The notes beneath the pieces were generated by a model, which saw nothing but the letters and a program-made list of their open reading frames with translations, was not told the origin of the DNA and searched no databases. 51,164 bases of DNA from the NCBI GenBank assembly GCA_000934665.2, contig KZ538157.1:62001-113164 (forward strand), given 5' to 3'. Positions within the stretch are counted from its first letter, which is position 1; each line of letters begins with the position of its first letter. Both the position numbers and the translations under genes were made by a program. The DNA comes from Catajapyx aquilonaris. Taxonomy: Eukaryota. This document shows, one piece after another, positions 10,871 through 23,893 of this stretch.

Positions 10871-12217
10871 GGACACCCCCTCCATATATTTGCCGAGGGA
10901 TAAGGAGATGTCAGTTTGTCAGGTCGATCCCTTTCGAGGGTGTCCCCCTCGAGACGACAAAGGGGGAAGGACGGACTGGTAATTCAATCTGCAGCCAGCC
11001 AAGTGATCTGGGAAGGAAGGCACATATACACTAGAAGCAAAGCCAGGGGGGGCCAAACTGCCCCCAATTTCCCTCGGTCCCTTCCACCCTCAGCATGTCC
11101 ATCCAATAGATACCGTGGGTTATATGGAGTCCTCCTCTAGGGAAGGGTCCGATGTCCGATCTTGGCGATCCGGGACACTTCTTTCTTCTCCATTAGTGTC
11201 AGGGTTTAGGTGTCGCTTGGAGTAACCTGCTAGAAGAGTCTAATGATCACACAAAATGAAATAGTTCCATGAAGTCGATGTCTATTGACAACGTCTTACA
11301 TGTCAATTTATTGCTTATTTGAACGTGGTTGAATACAGAACTTGTTTTGTTTGATTGGAGGAGGGTGCTTTATTGTGATGTGTCCATAAAAAGATGGGTG
11401 GGAGGAGCAGCATTTTTTGGGGGGGATGGAGGGAGAGGGGAGGTTTGAAGTCTGATTTACTGGCGCACAAACTTCACTTCCTGGTTTCCCCCAAAAGACG
11501 CTTTGGGCTTTATGGCACTTTGTGCAATCACAACACAGGGGCCCTTCACGCTCCCAGCACATCAGGTCGACAACATGAAAGGCACTTTTTTATATCTATT
11601 TTTTTTACTATGATCCCAATCCATTTTTCGTCCAGCAGATTCACGGGATCTGTCTCAACTCAGGCGATGCTCCATTTATAACGCCACGATCCCACAGGCG
11701 ATGAAAGTCAAATTTACAGATAAAAATCGTCCATCGACTATGATGCACGCTTCTGGATCGCAAATTACAACATATATGGTGTTTTTTTTTGTACATTATC
11801 ATACGCTTTGTACAATAAGCAAGTCATAACCAGTGCTAGATTGTGTTTGTGCTTGGGTTTTCCGACAAAAGAGCTGGCATTTCCAACCCTGACTTTTACC
11901 GACCAATGAAATGTAGCAAGGGCTGTTCCCGAAAATTTTATTGGACCCACTCCTCCACATTTTATTGGATGAGTACTCATTCCCAGATTTCATTGGGTGG
12001 TCTCAGTTAGTGCTGGAAGCAAGTGCTCGTCGGACTGACCTGCGGGAAGCACAAACATAAAATACAGACTACAGGATTATTTTAAAAGTTACGTTCCATG
12101 CGAAATATTGCATTAAACATTTTTATAAGTAAACTTTCTTATGTCACTAGAGTTGTGCTTATACCATCATTGCTCTAGTAATGTCCCTTACAATATGATT
12201 TTAAAGCTGACCGTCGC

Positions 12218-12279
12218 GACTCACATTCAAATATTCATCTGGTCGACGCGTCGACCAGATGAATATTTGAATGTGAGTC
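12218..12279. repeat. Perfect 62-bp palindrome with no spacer
   Basis: GACTCACATTCAAATATTCATCTGGTCGACG followed immediately by its exact reverse complement. Confidence 0.97.
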
Positions 12280-13919
12280 ATCTATGCTGCCATTTACATT
12301 TGGCAGGCAATTTTTTTATTTTTGATCCAGAGGCTTTCAAATTATGAATCAAGGACTGATGACATTTTCAGTAACATTTTAACAACACATAATGTGAGTC
12401 TCTTTATGGACAATTTCACCTGAATCTTCCTGAAGAGAGTAGTAGTTTTTCAAAGTCCTACATTACCAGCTATAATTCTTCATAATGTCAGTAAACCCAT
12501 TAATGATAGTCACTTGTGAGGAAGTGAAATGCCGTCATTTCAAAGAGATAATGATTTCATCTAGGAATAAAGGGGCAGAAAACGATCCGTCAAAGTGTAT
12601 GTTACATCAGTTTAGGTTTTCAAAAGGTATATGGTCAATTACATTATGTATGTAAAATAGTTGATGGAAACTGATGTTATGAAACGGAGGGTTTTAATAT
12701 TAAACGCACAATTTTCATGACGACTTGCTAGCGACTATGAAAAAGGGTTTACCAGGAATATGATAGATCTAGAACTATATAGCTGATAACTGCGAAAACA
12801 CATCTGAATTTTACAACATTTTATTAATATGTCGCACTGAAACACCGTGTACAAAATAGGCCCACATCGTGTAATTACTGTACTCTAAAAACTCGATAAA
12901 TGTACACACCGTCTTATTTATAAATTTTTATAAAATATCCGGTTGTGTGGGGTAATCGAACTTGGGGACCAAACTTTTAAAATACCCTGCACAATTCCAA
13001 GGCAATAAAAAAAATGTCATCAGACCTGCAGAAGGAGCTATAAATTCGCATGCAAATCAGGACACACTTGCTGCAATCACCGTTAACTCAGTTACCATTA
13101 ACTATACATATTTGTTAGCCACGTGCCGATTGCATTACTTCCCGTGGCAAGAGACCCACAAAATAAAAACACTCTATCTACACTCTGTCCTACTTTCACC
13201 TATCTGAATTGCAGTCGATGCCGAAGCGGGTTCTTCTATACCAGGTTAATTTGCGAAACAGATGCGCGGAAGGAATTGGACTGATACGACAACAATAGGG
13301 GCTGGATCGATTCCATTATTGCACGATACATTCCGAACTAATCTGGCCCGACTGCACATCCTGTGTAACCTCCTTTGAACCACAAACTACTAGGATAGTT
13401 TTCCTCCTGTTGGCAAAGAGATAACGTGCAATAGTTTAGAGGTTATATGGGTTGTAAACCTTCGCATTCTATCGGTTGCACGCGCCCAACTTGTATTTTT
13501 TAAAAGGTTAATAAAAAGTTGAGAGAAAGCAGTGAAGGTTTTAAGGGCGATCGTTTGATTATATTCTGGTGGTTAAAAAATTTTGAACAAAAGAGGCAAT
13601 AACCTCTGGTTAATGCCGACTGCAGATTGTGAAATATTGCCCGGCTAATTTGGTACGTGGGCTACTCATAAATTATGCCAAGATTTTGGCCCGTTTTTGA
13701 CACATGGTTTACCAACCCTATTTTTAAAGAGAGAGATGCCCATGGTTGTTACGCAATAACTTCCGTAACATAACTTATAGATCAATATATTACACGTCCG
13801 AACGCGACAGGGTGTTCCCGACAAGGACATTGCCACAATGACTAAAAGTCTGCCTAATCCTTCTGTTCCCATCGATGCTGCAGTGCACCACAAACTCAAA
13901 TTATATGCTGTACATTATA

Positions 13920-14146
13920 CAGTATTACCCCGTATAGAGCGACATGCCGGTAAAAACAGGGTTGACCACATTTTTAGAACAGACACTTTTGGTGGCCATA
14001 ATATACCGGCATGCCGATATTTATTTTATTGTAGATACTGGTAATTTCGAAGGCAATAAGAAAACACGAGAATTACCCCAATTTATACTGGCCCCCTGGT
14101 CAACCTAGTTTTATGCCGACATGACGCTCTATGCGGGGTAATACGG
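13920..14146. mobile_element. pogo/Tigger-type MITE
   Basis: TA-CAGTATTACCCCGTATAGAGCGACATG...CATGACGCTCTATGCGGGGTAATACGG-TA inverted termini of about 45 bp. Confidence 0.8.
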
Positions 14147-14243
14147 TATAACTTATACAGTATTTGCGATAACCCTTAACCCAGTTTATTGCAATTGATT
14201 CAGAAAATTGGTATCGTCATTAGTGTGAATTTAAATATTTTAA

Positions 14244-14509
14244 GGGAGGCATGGTATAGTCTAGTGGTTACGCCACTGGCCAGTCAAGGGGGAGGCCGGG
14301 GTTCAAATCCCGTCCCCGTCACCTCTGCTTTTCCGCTTTTCACGCCGACATGCCGGGGCAGAATTGCATTCCCGATTCTGCCCAGGGCCAGTAGAAAAGG
14401 TCTGGTGTATTTCACAAAGTCAGAAATGACTAAAAATTACAGCGCCCTCCCTTGGGAACTTCAAGAGGGCTCCGTCCTATCAAGGGGTATTACAAAAAAA
14501 AAACAAAAC
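14244..14509 (+). mobile_element. tRNA-derived SINE, family A, copy 4 (more diverged, internal deletions)
   Basis: Same head (GGTTCAAATCCCGTCCCCGTCAC) and body; ends CCTATCAAGGGGTATT plus A-run. Confidence 0.88.
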
Positions 14510-15239
14510 AATACAAATGATTAATGTATCATTTAATTAATGACAGCTCCCTCAAAATCTGAGCCGGAAATGTTTTAAAAATATGACGCGTTTTAAAGTT
14601 TACAAAACGTTCACTTCAACTGAGTGGCAAATGGCCATTGATATTTTTACCATGCAGTTAAGTTGGGCTGGTCCGAATGCAATACAGATATTTAGTAATG
14701 AAATGTTAACGTTGAGTTTATGACCGAACATTATTAAAATGTACAGTATACTGTATAGATGCCAAAGTCTTTCAATAATAACATCCGCAGAATCTTTTAC
14801 AGATGACATGTTGAACCTGCTGCAAAATTGTTTCTGGCGAATTCCTGTTGTTGTTTCCAGGCGACTCCCAGCCCATGAACAAAAAAAAACATGAATAATT
14901 ACCATGGTACTAATGCATAACTCAAGCTGTTTTGCAATTTGTCAATAGAGCCTCATTGTATACCTCACAGCAAAACTATTGTAGTGCCAAACTTAAAAAG
15001 CCCCTGCTGCAGGTCCAAACTTACACCCTACATTACATACCGCCTTGCTTGTGACATGTGAGCAAAACAAAAAAAAATAAACAAAGTTGAATGGAATTGT
15101 ACAATGATAGAAAAGACGCCACCTCGGTCGTCCATCATCCGGAGGCCAACACATGAATGTGTTCATAGAGTGTCACCGGAGGTACATTATAATCGTGGCC
15201 AGGAAACTGTCTTCATGGCGGAACGACCAACACGCGCAT

Positions 15240-15273
15240 TTTATTCCTGGCCAAATCCAGTCTATTTTTTATT
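15240..15273 (-). promoter_or_regulatory. Candidate polyadenylation signals of the MyoD/nautilus-like gene
   Basis: Two minus-strand AATAAA hexamers (plus-strand TTTATT at 15268-15273 and 15240-15245), about 100-130 nt after the stop codon. Usage untested. Confidence 0.35.
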
Positions 15274-15369
15274 CCTCCCTGCGCTCCTTTCTTTTCTTCT
15301 TCTTCGTCTTCTTCTTGGAAGGGGTACGGTGGTCGTGGGTGTGTGTCGGGGGTAGAGGCGTGTCGGTGG

Positions 15370-15476
15370 CTACACGCCTGGTGCTAATGAAGAAGCGGAG
15401 CCGGGACTGATGCTCTCGACGATCAGACTCAGGCAGTCTAAACTAGAGGCGCCTTCCGGAGCCTGGCTCTCGTAAC
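15370..15476 (-). CDS. nau: MyoD/nautilus-family myogenic bHLH factor, terminal coding exon (helix III)
   Basis: Acceptor ctgtatttcag|GT TAC GAG. Translates (G)YESQAPEGASSLDCLSLIVESISPGSASSLAPGV-TAG. SSLDCLSxIVExIS is the C-terminal helix III conserved in MyoD/Myf5/nautilus. The exon starts with the last 2 nt of a split codon, complementing the upstream exon. Confidence 0.9.
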
Positions 15477-15770
15477 CTGAAATACAGCAGCCAGAGAGAC
15501 AGGGGAATTAGCTCCTTTTGCTATTCTTCCTAAGGCAGACCAACACACTCTGGCAGCTCAACAACTCGTTTAGGTTCCACAGACGGACTTGCGGGGTCAA
15601 CACATTTGTACTCTTCAATGTTGAAGGTTTTTATGGCTAAACGAGTTGCCCCAGCATCAGTCTGGAGTTACCAATCTGCGTGATGTCAGTCTGTAGGAGG
15701 GTGACACAGAGTGATTGTACCTGACATGGGGTTAGTGGGGGGGGGGGTCAAAATAGCTGAAGGTCAGAGG

Positions 15771-15778
15771 TGTTGTTG

Positions 15779-15838
<60 letters not shown>
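15771..15838. repeat. Compound (TTG)n(TTA)n microsatellite
   Basis: Direct reading. Confidence 0.95.
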
Positions 15839-15841
<3 letters not shown>

Positions 15842-16853
15842 TCCTGTCTAGTTGATGCCAGCCTGCTGAACCTGCATGGCGTTAGAAAAGTGAACTTCAA
15901 ATGTGGAATATACTGTACGGTAGTTTCCTGTATGAGAGAGTAAGCCTATAACCTAGAATTAGCTCAACTAATTCTAATACTTCAGTGCCTCAAATATTTA
16001 CCTGCAAATGCTTTCCAGCTCATGAAAATACTGAAATCATCTCAATTTTATTTGAATTCATCATCTCGTAAGAAGTGACTCTCTCAGCTTGAGTCTAGTT
16101 TAAAAAAAACTTTCGCAGTTTAACGTTATTCAACAGGCTGCTCACAAAAATAATATTATACCAGCCCTTATGCATACTAAAATCTTCAAATAATGAACCT
16201 GCACTATACTATACTACGCAAACTATGGCCCTAAATTGATTCAAATCTTACAATAACGCATGGATATGCAAATTTATACTACCAGGCACACAATATTTGG
16301 ATGTACAGCCTAATGTTAGCAAATGTAAAACTATTATTACTTACCTGTAAATTTATTTTTCAACCCAAAAAAACGGCATGCTTTTTTTTCCATGGGCCGC
16401 AACATGCGCATCGGCGTCTTGCGAGGAATCTTCATGCTGTTAGCCATGCACAACATTGTCATTTCTCGCGTTTCCGACCAAATGGCAAAAAAAAGCAATT
16501 TTCCGGCAGGACTTGAGGGCGTCGCTTCGCATTCCCATTAGGAGACAGAACAATTTACTTTCATAATGAGAAGGCAGCGCAACTTCCACCAGACGCATTC
16601 GGTTCAAAAACTCCTCGGATGAAACTGCGCTCTTGCTCTTTGCTCGACGAGGGGTAACTTTGACCCAGATTATTACACTGTTAACCAGATGAAATCGTGC
16701 ACGAATCTGGAGTATTCAAGTATAATAACGCACTGTAGGCACACACTCTACAACTTGTCTAAATATTTTATCATGTTTTATTCAACTCATATTTTCATTT
16801 CAGGGTTTGCCTAGTACAGTGTGTTCCAGAATGTCCCTTTTGAAACTACGTTA

Positions 16854-17400
16854 TCAAGTATATATGAAGCCCCTATCCGAGGAGGAGGAGGAGGATATAG
16901 GATATAGGATATAGGATGGAAAAGATTTCGCACTTTCCGGCGTCGCAGAGATCTCGGACTTACACCGTTGGATTTCTAGCCTCCGGTATACCAATGCCAA
17001 AAATCCTCATAATCGCAAAATTCCCAGCCGTTTTCGAGATGGCCAAATAAAATGTAGACGCAAACCCGAGATCGCGAAATTAATGTATCCGCAAACTCGC
17101 CCGGATCCCCGAGAACAATGGCCCACCCACTCCTCTCCACCCGCTGTCACTCAAACCTGCCGTGGGAATGATACGTCACAGATGGTCCCACTTGTCATCC
17201 CAAGCGCTGTTTTGAACGATACGTCAGAGAGGGCACGTTCGGAAACTCCTCATCGCTACCGGTGACGTCACTGATTTTTGTAACCGGATGGATTAGGCGG
17301 AATACGGGCACCGCGCCGAAGGCGCGCAGGTGGGGCGCAGCCCCACGGGGGGGGGTTCGGGGGGGCGGAGCCCCACCGGCTCGCAAAGCGAGTCTGCTAC
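16854..17400 (+). mobile_element. Probable non-autonomous Helitron
   Basis: 5' A|TC start, then (GAG)n and (GGATATA)n micro-repeats. GC-rich 3' hairpins GCGCCGAAGGCGC and GCTCGCAAAGCGAGT lie just before a CTAC (CTRR-like) end. No TIRs or TSD. Confidence 0.55.
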
Positions 17401-18379
17401 CTAAAAACGGATCAAACTATATTTATATTACGTTACATAATTTAATATCTGGCTTTGAGTTTATAAATAAGAAATGCTTGGAGATAAAAAAAAAGTTGAC
17501 TTAAGAGCTACTATAAAACTGATCTATAATGAACAGACTACGTGAAATTGGGTCATGTCGTGCTTCCAGTGCGGAGAATTCCACATTAAATTAAAATAAC
17601 TTTGGGAGGATATCGGGTTAAGGCATGTCAAGATGAGTTGCGGTGGAGACAAGTTAGTCGTGTTCTCTTGGAGTAAGTAGTAGGCTTTGCTGCAGTTGAG
17701 AAATTAGGTTGAAAGGCGAGCTTTATAAATATTAGAGTAGGGCCTAATCAACGGGGTAACTTAAAGGCATACAAGCATGACACGAAAACCTCTTAGGCGT
17801 GTGCAGTGGAATCGCTGTGAATTATTATTAGGACTACTCCGGGATTAACATTTAAAAATTTCATTTCCAAATTTAGCCCTTTACTTTCTCAGGAGAGCAT
17901 TTTTCCATTGTTTCCATTTATCAATTATGTATACACAAGGCCTATGCATATGGTGCCAGGAAACTGAAATAAAATCAACGTATCCTGCTATTTAACAGAA
18001 ATATATCATGTACATTTGCATTGCACTATACTTCATAAACTGCATGCTAAATTGATCCATCTCTCTACTGCATATGAAAAGCGTAGATTCTCTACTGAAA
18101 TTTTGGATTCAGAAAAATTGGAATCATGCACTAGCGTGCTTACTGCCACGATACCTCAAAATTTATACCGGTCTAATGAAGGTATTTCATAATTGAGAGA
18201 TTAGCCGCCTCTTTTCATTTCATACCTGCATCATCTGACGCATGCCTTCTGGGCCACAAAATGTTTCCTTTCTCCTGAAAGTTGATAAACTTTGGATATC
18301 GATCAATTAGATTTTGTTTTTAAGTTTGAACTTGATATATGTATAAGAGTTCTACCAAAGCTGCTCTAATGGCCATAGT

Positions 18380-19180
18380 ATAGGAAGAACCAAGAGCCGG
18401 ATCCTGTAAACACAACCGTGAGAGGTTGTATTTTCAAGAAAGTCACTGGCCGACCATAGAATGACCCTAATAATTTTACCCTGCACCACTGCACGTATGC
18501 AGCGGCCATGTCCAACTTCTCCCAGGCCAATCCTCAGAAATGGACCTGACCAAAGAACTCCAATAGTGGAAGTACAGGCGGTCCTCTGAACATGACCTGA
18601 TCCATTTAACAGCCAGCAATAAATGATGACCTGCAATCCCCGAAACCCAATCCATGACCAGTAGAAAATTCCCGTCAGAGGACCATCCCACAATTCCACG
18701 CTCCATTTCCCCATCCAAAAGACCGGCTCCAACCCACGCACTTTGGCACCCCTCCCACTTGTGCCCCCCCTCTTCCAGGTGAGCATAAAAGCGTACCACT
18801 CCTTCCCCCTCCTTCCCCCATAATGACATGCGTGACATTAGTGGGAGCCAAGTCGTTCCCGCTTCATTAGCCGCGAGTCCGATCCATCTCTTTGGAAGCA
18901 AAGGGAGTCCCTGTGCCCCCCTAATTGCCAACCTGTGTGCCTCAGGCCCCATCAGGTACAGGAGCCAAGCTCCCACACGAAGTACAGGGTGCATGCATGG
19001 CTAACAGAGTGCGAAAGAAGCATGCCCAGGAATCCCACAGCACGCTTTCTAATTGCCCCCCTTCCTTCCCTAATTGACTGGGCGTAAGTCCCGGGGGCCC
19101 ACAGAAATAGAAGATATGTACCAGTCCCTCGCTCTTGGGCCCCCACCACGTCCCACTCGATATTCTGTCCAGCACTCACT
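18380..19180 (-). pseudogene. Decayed APE-type endonuclease region of a non-LTR retrotransposon (RTE/L2-like)
   Basis: Frameshifted, collinear fragments: IEWDVVGAQE, HIFYFCG, RAVGFL, VVRFYAHLEE, AKVRG, GRSWTW (cf. KWDIIGLSE...YYSG...GVGFL...EEFYxxLE...NAKVG...KWTW). Confidence 0.55.
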
Positions 19181-22100
19181 CAAGATGAAAATGTCAGTGG
19201 CAGTATATTTTGCTTCAAAGCGAGTCCTCTAAATAAACTCATCGTAAATTACCTGGGTTTTTTGGGGGGGTTACGGAGCAAAATGGTGGCTCTTATGCTC
19301 CGTAAGATGCATTCATCGTGGACGAATGGTATGGCCCAAATGTCAGCTACGTCTATGCGGAAACTATCAGGAATGAAAAAGACGTAAACATCTTACGACG
19401 ATGTTTATTAGCAAACTAGGCACCAACTTGCCAAAATTAGGCAAAAAATTAGGCAAAAGTGCGAAAGTAGAGGGGGAGAGAGACAGAGAGACCAGGCAGC
19501 AGCATCGAAGCGACATCCGACGGGGGACGTGCAGAAGCAAGCGAGTCGCCACCCAGCCAGTAACGCCACCCAGACGGTAAAGGCAGAAATGGGAACTCCG
19601 TGGACCTGGCCTCGTCGCGTTTTGTGAACGTTTTTTGAGTACTACAAAATCCCTCGTGACCGTTTCCAAAAAAATAAACAAAAGTGGTTGGCAAATATAG
19701 AAAACGCGGCCAAAATTTAAAGACCACTCCCAATGCTTTAGGCCCTACGGTGCGGGAGGAGTTTCCACGACAGTCGGGTGTTAATAATATATAGATACCG
19801 GCAGTCTATATATTGAATATTAAATTTTTAGAGAAGGAAATGTGTACAAAAATTGTCACTTGATAGGGGCTATTAAAATTCTTTTCACATACCACACGGC
19901 CTTCACAAAAAATAATTTAAATGTATTCTAATATAATCACAGTTTACTCTTGGTTGACTCAGTTATTTAAACGCTGTATGGCACTAAATTAATGCAATAT
20001 GTGTGGGAAATAGTAATGATACTGCACAATCTACATGAAGTTCGCAAATTAGTGGTGTATGTGCTGTAAGCTCAATAATTATTATGTCAGTCAGGTCAGC
20101 TAATACAAATTCATGGTGTAACACTGCTTAATGCAATTGATTTGATACCTATTAGCAAATTGCATTGATATTGTGAAATAATTTTCCACTGCCACTCTCT
20201 TTCGAGTGTCATTCATTATGATACTGTACAGCCTATGATGTGCAGGAGACCTACAACATGCCACCTTCATACATGCTGTTTTTGATGTGACCATAATTTG
20301 ACCCTCCATCCCTCCTCGGTCAAGCCTATTGACGTAACATCCTCGTTAGCACTTAACATTAAACATACTTGTCACATCAGGACATGAGTTAATACTGAAA
20401 GTTTAATCCTGATTCTAATCATGAAAAATGTTGAGCTTCAGCGTGAGCTTAATTGTGGAGATCGCATGAGCTCTGAATATGAAACTGAGATATTTGTGAA
20501 AATATGATTTCATCTAAATCAATCTCTCCTTCTAAATAAGGTGCTGTAACTGTAGAGGTGCAGGCATGGTAAGGAGATGAAGGATTATATCAATGGCCTC
20601 CAGGTTACAGAAATAGGAACCTTTAATTAAGGTATAAATCAATATGTGCTCAAGTCTCAGGCAGCTTCATTAATTTAATTTCCGGGTTATTTTTGTCCCT
20701 ATTTGCATTCTGGCGCGTGCCTATACTGTAGTGTTACTTAATTAAAGTGGACTATGCACACAACGCATAACTCCAGAGTATATTTGTATTTTGGTCATAC
20801 TCTTCAAAATTCATTAAATATTGAGTTCCACATTGTAGTGGACAGTTAATTTCAAAATGAATTCATTATTCCATTCATGATGGCCCTCAAATCCGATTAA
20901 ATATACCTTCCTAATCAACTTCAATTCGTCGCGATTCAATTCAATTCGTCACTCAACTATCTGAAGATAGAGTGACGGACTTCCCTGTAGATTTGGGCAT
21001 AGTGAAAATATTAATTTACTTTCATGTCTTCCATTTTAACTCCAATGTCCCTTCTCCTTTCATTTTTATTGGCCAATTTGTCTCAATTCTTCAAATCTGC
21101 ATGCAATTGGTGTCTCCTATAATTTCAATTCCCCATTCATTTCTCATTTCTTTTCATTCAATTACAGGAAAGGTGCAATTAGCAAATTCTGCATTGAATT
21201 GTGCTCATCACATTAACTCATTTAAAAACATTTCCAATATGAAGCAATGCCTGTAATAATGTACAGATCAACGACCTATCTTTACTCTTTAAAAATGCAC
21301 CTTTTGTCTCTTTCTCCTTCTCGTTCAAGATCGTAACTTTCAGCAGAAAAACCCGATTTCTGCCAAATACCTTTCGAATTCTGTCCCTTAGCTGCCTCCA
21401 TACATCTAGCAGCCAGCACCTAGACATTGTTTTCGATCTGTCTTCTCCCATCCCTATAGAATATGTAAGCGGCTCCTGTACGTATCAAACCGTCGTCTTT
21501 TTCCTTACACAAATAGTGGTAGCCGCACTCGAGTGTGGATTTACGACAGAAAAGCTCGTTTTGGATCGTGTCACTTTGTCGGTGTATTTGTCCTTGCAAG
21601 TGGTGCGTGTTGCCAATTTTAGTTCCTGGCACGTGTTCAGGCCCAGAAGAAATGGGCCAGTTTGGCATGGGCCGGAAATTAATTCCAACCTGCGAGCTGG
21701 AGAGAGAGAGAGGAGAAACTTTGCTCTGTATAGCTGCTATGTATACTGAAGACTTGCGAGAGAGAGACAAAACTGAAACGCGTTTTTCTTTCTGGGGCCA
21801 ACTTTTCAGGACAGGCTTGAAGGATGGCTCGGGGAGACAGGGGTTATCGCCATGCAGCTACCAAATTAACTAACGACGGACTATGCTTGTCACGACGTGC
21901 CTACGGATCCAGGGCGTAATATCTTCATCACAAAAATTGCCCGCTTCGTGCGAACATTTTTGTTGCATCAGCTCACGTAACTGTATGAATCTCTGCGTGA
22001 CAGAACTATCAGTGTTACAGTGTGGACCAGAATTACAGTGACAGGGGGGTTCAGACTGACCACTGTAAGCCGGCAGATTACGCATATACATTTCCAGGAT

Positions 22101-22339
22101 ATAGGTTGCACATGATCTGCTGACAAACAGCGTGTGGAAAGCCATTTTTGGTAGGATGGCAGGGTCTCCCTTTAACAAAACATTATACTCTCAGTTCTTG
22201 ATCAGTGTTTACAAAATCCAGACAGAACCACAGTCGCACGAAAAGGCACATTTTCCAAAATAAATTTTATCAATTTTAATAACTGATATTAAAATAAACC
22301 TTTGTCAAACAGTCCTTAAATATAATCCGAACGTACGTA

Positions 22340-22478
22340 CTATCGGCTTCAAATACTTTTGGCCACTTTATCCTGGTCTAGAAGCAACCCTTCGCACAGA
22401 CCCCACGTTAAGGTGTGTTGTGTGAAGGGGTTGCTTCAAGACCAGGATAAAGTGGCCAAAAGTATTTGAACCCTACAG
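22340..22478. mobile_element. TA-flanked MITE, family M4, copy 1
   Basis: Inverted arms TTCAAATACTTTTGGCCACTTTATCCTGGTCT / AGACCAGGATAAAGTGGCCAAAAGTATTTGAA; homologous to 35824. Confidence 0.85.
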
Positions 22479-23868
22479 TACACCTGTGTGTTTATGTACG
22501 CGCCAGAATAATCAAGGGTTATTATTTTGTTGCATCAGTGCCTAAGGCAGAGGGGCTTAATGAGAGCTTTTAACAGCATTTTTCATTAGAGAAGGAATTG
22601 GGGGCAGCTTTTTTACGCACATATAGCACTCAACTATTTTTTTGTGCACAATGTTATGCTTGTATATGCTGTTGATGAAAATCAGCAAGGCTTAGTTATT
22701 TGATCTAGGGATTTACTAGAGATCAGGCATAAATATATTACAGAATATTTATAGCTATAGGAGACAACATGTCCAGTATGACTGTCCGCACAGTGTCACA
22801 TTAGTTGAATAAATTGTTAAGCATAATTGCAAATGTGTCGCCATTGTAAGACGTATTATCAAAGAAAAATATGCACCTATACTGACCAATAAATTAGATT
22901 TGTAATAAGCGACACTGCACGCATAATTATACCGACACAAACCAATGGTAAATGTCGACAGCCATTAGCAATTCCTTTTCTAACGTGCTAGCTGGAAGTA
23001 ATCTTGCGTGCGAATAAAGCCAGCATACGTAGCCTAGTATCTCAACCTCGCATCCACGCCCTGAGTTCATGATACGCATCTTGCATACATTAAATCACCT
23101 TCCTATCCTTTCCTTCGGCCTTTCTATTATCCAACCCTTTAAAAAAAACTTCCTTTGTACCAAGCCCCATTTTTTCCTCCAAGTAGATGAGAAGTGTTGC
23201 ACATGCCCGAGTCGATAGACTCCAAGCATCTTGAAGACGCCCAGCCCAAGGAGACGCCTCAGACGCCTATTACAACCACTGTCACTCGTGCAGACGAGGC
23301 GTTTAAGCCTAATGAAACCCAAATCAAATTTGCCGCCGAGCTGCCGCTTTCCCCATTTGTCACTGTCCAGGTAAACTGTCTGCCATTTTTTTACAGTCTC
23401 CTTCGTAAGGATCGGCAGCGCTATCTGGACTCAAAAGCTTAGACTAGCATGTAGTACACCTCGCCAAGCGCAAATTGCATTAGGAAAAGTTAGGCTTCGG
23501 CTCCCTTTTACCTCAGCTACTTAGCCCGAGGTGTTATGCTTAGATCCTACCCCCTTCCTCCACCCCCTACTTTTTTTTTTCTCTTGGGTTTATTCTCAGG
23601 GACCAGAAAGTGGATGCCAAGCTTCTATCCGTTGCCCTCATTAATCCGGGTCTAAGGACCTCGTTATCAAAGGTAACATGGGCTCAATTAACTTTTCTTT
23701 GTGTCGGATTAAAAAGGTTCGTGTTTAGAAATGGGAGGGGAAAAAGTTTCAATGGGAAGTAGGCCTAGATGCAGATTATGCGCTGTTTTAATTTTATTAA
23801 GAGGAGGTATTTTCTTGCTTTTGATTAAGGCGTGAAAGTTAAGTCTGACTTCACAAAAGGCTTCAAAC

Positions 23869-23893
23869 GGGGGGGGGGGGGGGGGNGGGGGGG
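23869..23893 (+). repeat. Poly-G tract containing one N
   Basis: About 25-nt G run with an ambiguous base at 23886. Confidence 0.9.

Noticed and set aside
13718..13727. MEF2-like YTAWWWWTAR sites (also 28976-28985) and scattered E-boxes as muscle enhancers
   Set aside because: Such motifs are expected by chance in AT-rich 51 kb, they are not clustered, and one lies in a SINE flank.
19260..19795. Second Helitron on the minus strand (TCTATATATTATTAA start at 19795; hairpin TTACGGAGCA/TGCTCCGTAA at about 19270-19303)
   Set aside because: No clear CTRR 3' end and no second copy in the window; plausible but unsupported.
21745..21790. CTGAAGA...GAAACGCGT resembling a minimal hammerhead ribozyme core (similar partial cores at about 38245 and 43050)
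   Set aside because: Flanking helices I and II cannot be paired convincingly.
23194..23370. Plus-strand 82-aa ORF ending near a CAG|GTAAAC donor-like site, as an exon of a nested gene
   Set aside because: An in-frame TGA sits immediately after the best acceptor, there is no recognisable homology, and no partner exons were found.
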